In this document: positions 62,692 to 64,000 of the stretch, piece by piece
Position numbering within the stretch: position 1 is the stretch's first letter
Layout of the letters: the number at the start of each line of letters is the position of its first letter
Assembly (NCBI GenBank): GCA_016187515.1
Contig: JACPJN010000006.1
Location: forward strand, 64,856-128,855
Source of the DNA: Candidatus Uhrbacteria bacterium
GTDB lineage: Bacteria > Patescibacteriota > Patescibacteriia > GWA2-47-26
Reading direction: 5' to 3'
Length of the DNA stretch: 64,000 nt
Translations under genes and position numbers: made by a program
Notes under the pieces: model-generated
The model's database searches: none
Told to the model about the DNA's origin: nothing
The model's input: only the letters and a program-made list of their open reading frames with translations

Positions 62692-62833
62692 CGTCATTTC
62701 GAGGAATCCTCGAGGCGACCGAGAAATCTCTTTCTCATGCTATGAGAGAAGACAAGAAACAAAATCCCGCCCTGCGGGACTTATCCATTCAATGGAGGTG
62801 AAGAGATCTCTCACTGCGGCGTTCGAGATGACG
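62692..62833. mobile_element. MITE-like palindromic element (intergenic)
   Basis: CGTCATTTCGA...TCGAGATGACG inverted ends with inner AATCTC/GAGAT arms. Confidence 0.6.
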
Positions 62834-62950
62834 AATCGTTTGTCCGCCTCACAAGGGCGGATTTTTGTTTTGGATAAGATAAAAAAAGCGCCCGGATGAC
62901 CGTGAAGTCAGAGCCGGGACGCGGAAACCAGCGCGACGCTGGGTACAAAA

Positions 62951-63562
62951 CTACTTGCGGACGGCGAGAAACCGCCAGCTCGAATTCCAGCCGTCGTCAG
63001 TCCAGTATAGGCTCAGTCCACGTCTGCCATGCCAGCCGTCGAGGCCGGGCACGTTGCGAAGACCGTTGGGATGGACCAAGGAGGAACCGAGCGCGACGAC
63101 CATGAGCTCCCACTGATAGTCAGCCTTGGCAAACGCGCGAAGCTCTCGGCCGGTTGCGGGACGAAACCCCAGGGCATCGAGCCGCCGTTCAGCTTCTTCG
63201 GTCGAGATCGAAACCTCGCCCTCGTGGTGGAGCTTGAGCGGGGTTAAGCTGACCGTCGCCGTTCCTCCTGCCTCCGACGGAAAATACTCGTCCGTGATGC
63301 GCGAGTTTACTAAGTCAAACTCGTCCTTCACGCCCTCCCACGGTTGGGAGTAGTTGACCGTCGCGACCGTCGGCTTGTCCTGCTCGAGCGCGACGACTTG
63401 GACGGACGCCGTGCTGGCTAACGTGGTCGCAGGTGCCGCCGCGGACTTGTCCGCCTTCGCCGACTGCGCCTGGCACTTCTTGAGCGCGAACTCGAGCTCG
63501 GACACGCGGCTCGCGGAGCTGTTGCAACCGAACACCAAAACTGCCAACAAGAGTTTCTTCAT
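62951..63562 (-). CDS. Putative lipoprotein with CLec/FGE-like C-terminus
   Basis: MKKLLLAVLVFGC lipobox; LGFRPAT.REL, W....RFLAVRK terminus. Confidence 0.65.
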   Translation of the reverse strand: MKKLLLAVLVFGCNSSASRVSELEFALKKCQAQSAKADKSAAAPATTLASTASVQVVALEQDKPTVATVNYSQPWEGVKDEFDLVNSRITDEYFPSEAGGTATVSLTPLKLHHEGEVSISTEEAERRLDALGFRPATGRELRAFAKADYQWELMVVALGSSLVHPNGLRNVPGLDGWHGRRGLSLYWTDDGWNSSWRFLAVRK

Positions 63563-63848
63563 CACACACCTCTTTGTGGGCTTTTGTATGCCCGTTTGGG
63601 TTGGGAACAACTGTGTGCATGATAGGACATTTTTGCCCTTTTGTCAAGAGGTGGGGTATAATACACAAATTTCCTCCCCTTAGGGTAAGGGGAGGTGCAG
63701 GAGGGGTTACGCAATTTCCCTCCCAAGGCGGACAGGCATAACCCCCTCTAACTCCCCCTTACCTTAAGGGGGAGAAATATTGAAGATTAAAAAAGGCGGC
63801 GCCAGTTGGACCAGCGCCGGCCTGCGGTTTTACGCAGGGCTTTGGCGT

Positions 63849-64000
63849 CTAGAACTCGGCTCCGAGCGTGGTATCGCCATCCTCAGCCCATCGCAGCTCC
63901 TCGTCGACCTCCTGCTGCCTGCGGACGTCCTCCTGCCACGCCAGCACCTCCGAAGTGCCGATGCCTTCGTGGTGGGACCCATGCACGGTCACGCCACGCT
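63849..64000 (-). CDS. 3' end of a hypothetical gene (partial)
   Basis: Open frame ...EVLAWQEDVRRQQEVDEELRWAEDGDTTLGAEF* with GC-rich codons. Confidence 0.4.
   Translation of the reverse strand, partial: RGVTVHGSHHEGIGTSEVLAWQEDVRRQQEVDEELRWAEDGDTTLGAEF

Overview
Chromosomal segment of a bacterium that looks like Patescibacteria/CPR, probably the ABY1 (Uhrbacteria-like) group; this is inferred from gene content and repeat style, not a database hit. Left to right: a glycan locus (GH-like protein, two GT4s, O-antigen-ligase-like); a GC-rich island with myxobacterial-style genes (Cys/Asp-rich MopE-repeat lipoprotein, two Ser/Thr kinases); two tRNA-Ser; comF; a T4SS-like cluster (VirB4-like ATPase, PrgI, VirB6-like, a 2984-aa Cys-rich surface protein); then housekeeping genes (rsmA, frameshifted prfB, groESL with CIRCE, yidC, nusA, rpsU, hisS, lepB, tRNA-Val, LCP, der, pth) with small accessory inserts. 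Main candidate system: downstream of the giant gene are two orphan alternative C-terminal tips of the same protein. Each shares a 71-bp block with the live gene, starts at the same breakpoint beside a 30-bp palindrome, and alternates with a promoter-bearing Cys-rich passenger gene, i.e. a cassette array that could swap the protein tip. A similar 3'-end replacement occurs at a Yqey gene. Also notable: palindromic elements inserted in frame in many genes including rsmA, der and pth, and promoter-driven structured RNA candidates convergent on NYN and DUF3800 genes. All product calls come from motif recognition by eye.
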